In this document: positions 60,806 to 64,000 of the stretch, piece by piece
How positions within the stretch are numbered: position 1 is the stretch's first letter
Layout: each line of letters starts with the position of its first letter
Source of the DNA: Mobula hypostoma
Lineage: Eukaryota
Length of the DNA: 64,000 bases
Reading direction: 5' to 3'
NCBI RefSeq assembly: GCF_963921235.1
Contig: NC_086097.1
Span: 165,604,001-165,668,000 of the forward strand
Translations under genes and position numbers: made by a program
Notes under the pieces: model-generated
Seen by the model: only the letters and a program-made list of their open reading frames with translations
Database searches by the model: none
Told to the model about the DNA's origin: nothing

Positions 60806-62764
60806 TTTATTTCTTCCTGGTGCTGAAGCAACTTATTGGAGCAGGATGACAATTAGTTTGGTACAGTCTCAGCACAAGTGGACCAGGGAGAAGATATGTT
60901 AGATGGTAGTTTTCATTCTCTAGTGATCTGCAAAATAAGAACAAATGGGAAAAATTGGGATGAAAAAACTGCAGAGGCTGAGAATTTTAAATAAAACCAG
61001 AAAATGCAAGAAATACTCAATGAGTAGGAAGAGAAATTTTAACACCTTAGGTTGAAGTCCCTCTTTGACCTAAAAGATTTGGAAGAAATCAGTATGCTGC
61101 CTGAACTGCTGAGTCATTCCAACATTTCCTGTTTATCTGTTTTTATTTTGAAGAACATCCATGTATGGATATAGATGGAGGCAGGTTCAACTTTACGTTA
61201 TCAATTTACCTATTCCCATCAGCAGTGTAGGATTATGCTTAGATACTAAAAAGTTCACAGACACATTTTCTAAGGTTTCATGTAAATTGTAATTGATATT
61301 TTCCAACATGATCATGAATAAAACCAGTAGGTTAAGGTAGTTCCATACTCCTGGGAACTTGAGCAAAAAGTTTATAAATTCAATAGGAACACACACCTCT
61401 GTTGATACAAATAATGTATCTAGAACCGATCTTCATCTGTAGTTTGCTGAATGTGACTTCTGGCAGAGGTACATATGCCAAGCTATCAGCAAGATGTTCA
61501 CAGAATTGGAAGGGAAACAAATTCTTTAGTGACCTTAAGGAAATGTGTCATTGATAAATCAATGGTTAAATGTAAGAATAAATAGAATTACACTGGGCTC
61601 AAGGAAGTAGATGCAGCCAAGCTATGATGTCAAAATAGATGTTAGAAGGAAAGCAGTCAAGATAGAAACTTCCGCAAAAGTTTCTGGCTCCCTTGCATAG
61701 CATTCCTAAGATATGAGTATGAACAACAAATCTGGTATTTGATGGCCATCATGGAGACCTGGCTGCTTTTCAAGAGACCAAAGAAACTGGGGAAAGGAAA
61801 GTAAAGTAAATGTCAGGATAAGAGAGCTGTCACAGATCAAAGAGATTTCAGTCAACATTCCTGGACAGTGGAAACGCCAAGAATGAAGAACACCAGTCGG
61901 GTCGAAGACAAAGGATGAAGAATCCTTTACCCTTTGCTCTTAGGTCAAAGACCTCTTTGCCCTAAGATAGTCTGAAGAAGCCAGGATACAGCCTGACTTG
62001 TTGAGTATTTCCAGTATTTTCTGTTTTTTTTGATTCTATAGAAAAATATCCATGTGTGAATATAGCTGGGGATACTTTCAGGTCTACATTACCTGCTTAT
62101 CTATTCACAGGTGAACGTAATACTCACTCAATTGGTATACAGCTTCAGGCTCTGGCAGATGCTGCCTGCAGATTTTTTCATTGCAATGATGATGCGGGTG
62201 CATAATGAAGAAAAGTGAGGTTGTGATGGAGATATTCATATTTATGTAGTCTGGAGGAACAAGAACAGCTCAGTAGTAAAGAGTGTGAATGCCTAGATTT
62301 CGTTTAGAAAAGGGATCTACAATACACTTACTGGAACCAACAAATGCACAGGTTGCGTTAGATTTGGTTGGGATTGAGAAGCAAAAGAAGAATTAGAAGC
62401 AAAGCTTTAAGTTTAAGGTGAATTGAATTTGATGAAGAGATTGGGAATGAATTATATCCATTTTCCAGAATCTGCATGTTGTATCGAGGCCAACAAACAT
62501 TGCCATTGTCTAACTCTCCTTAAGAAGGTGTTGATGAGCTGCCTTTTTGATTAAGATAATCTCACAATGATGTGGATAGGCTGTTCATAATTTAGATCTA
62601 GTGAAAATAAAGAACTAGTGATATATTTCCAGATTGAATGGCGTGTGACTTGTAAGGGAACTGCAGGTGGTGATATTTCCTCCTGCCGTGACTGCTGAAG
62701 TGACTACGACAAACAGAACTGGACTTTTTCTCATTTATTTATTTGTGAAAATATGGACAGCACT

Positions 62765-62851
62765 GGCATTTATTATTTTGGTAGAGTTATATAGTACAGA
62801 GATGGGCATTTATTATTTTGGTAGAGTTAGATAGTACAGAGATGGGCATTT
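62765..62851. repeat. 40-bp tandem duplication (2.2 copies)
   Basis: ggcatttattattttggtagagtta(t/g)atagtacagagatg occurs twice in tandem. Confidence 0.9.
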
Positions 62852-64000
62852 GGGTGAGCTTGCCTATGCTGACCCTAATGCCCACTATTGTACCACTTTC
62901 TCTGGCAGCTCATTCCAAATAACCACCTGCTTCCATGTGAAAAACCTGCCCAAAGCTCTCCTTTAAATTTCACCCCCACACCCCTACGCTCTCTAGTTCC
63001 AGATTCCATCACCCTAGCATAAAGACTCTGACTCTCTATCCTCTCTGTGCTCCTCATAATTTTAAGTTCGTTTACTGTTATAGGCAACTGTATATACACA
63101 GGATATACAATAGATGCCATCAACGTGACCTTTTTTTGCAGTACTATCTATTACAAACATGACAAACATAAATTAACATAAACTTAAATTAGCATAAATT
63201 AAACATAACACACAGCAAAATAAATATAATGACATTATTATTAGTTGTGAGAGAGGAAAAAAAGGTATGTTTTATAAGCTTCTGTAAGGTCGGTGCTCAG
63301 CCTTCGACATTCCGGTGGGAATAATCCCATCCTTACAAGTAAGTCTAGGCAAAATTCCAGTGAGTCACTTCCACACTTTTTCTAAAGCTATCTCATCCTT
63401 CCTGTAGCATGGTGATTGGAAATGTGCCCTGACCAATGTTTAGTAATGCTGCACTACGGCATTCCAACTCTGTGCCTCAGCCTGTGAAGGTAAGCAGACC
63501 AAATTTCTTCTTCATTACCCTATCCAATTTGGTTGAAAAGCCTACCTAAGCTGGATAGCAAAGACTCAGCCACAATGGTGGGTCCAGAGTCACCTCTAGG
63601 CCAGGCTGGGTAAGGATGTCAGATCTCCTTCCCCGAAGGAGACCCGAGTGTCATATAAAGTCACTGAGCAATACAGCATAGATAAAGGCCCTTCAGCCCA
63701 ATGAGTCCACGCTGACCATGTTGTCCACCTAGCTAGTCCCATTTTCTTGGATTTGGCCCAGACTCCAGGCTCCTACCTGTCGAAATACTTCTTATACGAT
63801 GCTATTGTACCTACCTCAGCCACTTCCTCTGGCAGCTCATTCTACATGCACACCACCTTCGGCATGAAAAGTTTATCTTCCCAGATCTTTCCCCTCTCAC
63901 CTTATATCTATGCCCTCTAGTTTAAGATTCCCTTACTCTGGGGAAAAGACTGTTACTGTCGTTTGGTTATAAAGGACATTGCTGTAGTTCCATGGCTACA

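Noticed and set aside
1..64000. CRISPR arrays, rRNA, tRNA or prokaryotic systems
   Set aside because: No regularly spaced repeat-spacer array or RNA gene was seen. tRNA-like boxes occur only in SINE heads, and the window is intron-containing vertebrate DNA.

Overview
Eukaryotic vertebrate genomic DNA. The repeat families (CR1, Penelope-like, V-SINE-like, Rex/L2) suggest a cartilaginous fish, probably a ray; this is inference. The only host gene found is the 5' part of PPP4R1 (protein phosphatase 4 regulatory subunit 1, or its paralog) on the minus strand. It has 10 coding exons from ATG 36406 down to 3672 (1043 nt, all GT-AG, phases consistent), continues off the left edge, and has a CpG-rich promoter/first-intron region. 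Intron 9 holds an apparently intact full-length L1 (ORF1, ORF2, 9-bp TSD) beside an internally deleted Rex/Babar-like LINE derivative. The ~24 kb upstream of the gene is a nest of CR1, Gypsy LTR, Tigger, mariner-MITE and Penelope-like (PLE) insertions. The most notable structure is the PLE family. Its terminal repeats carry minimal type I hammerhead-ribozyme motifs, and several copies are TSD-flanked fold-back palindromes whose breakpoints fall inside the ribozyme and whose inverted arm lacks the ~32-36-nt tail. A candidate frameshifting (poison) microexon lies in PPP4R1 intron 8. No rRNA, tRNA, CRISPR or prokaryotic features were seen. All family assignments come from motif recognition, not database searches.
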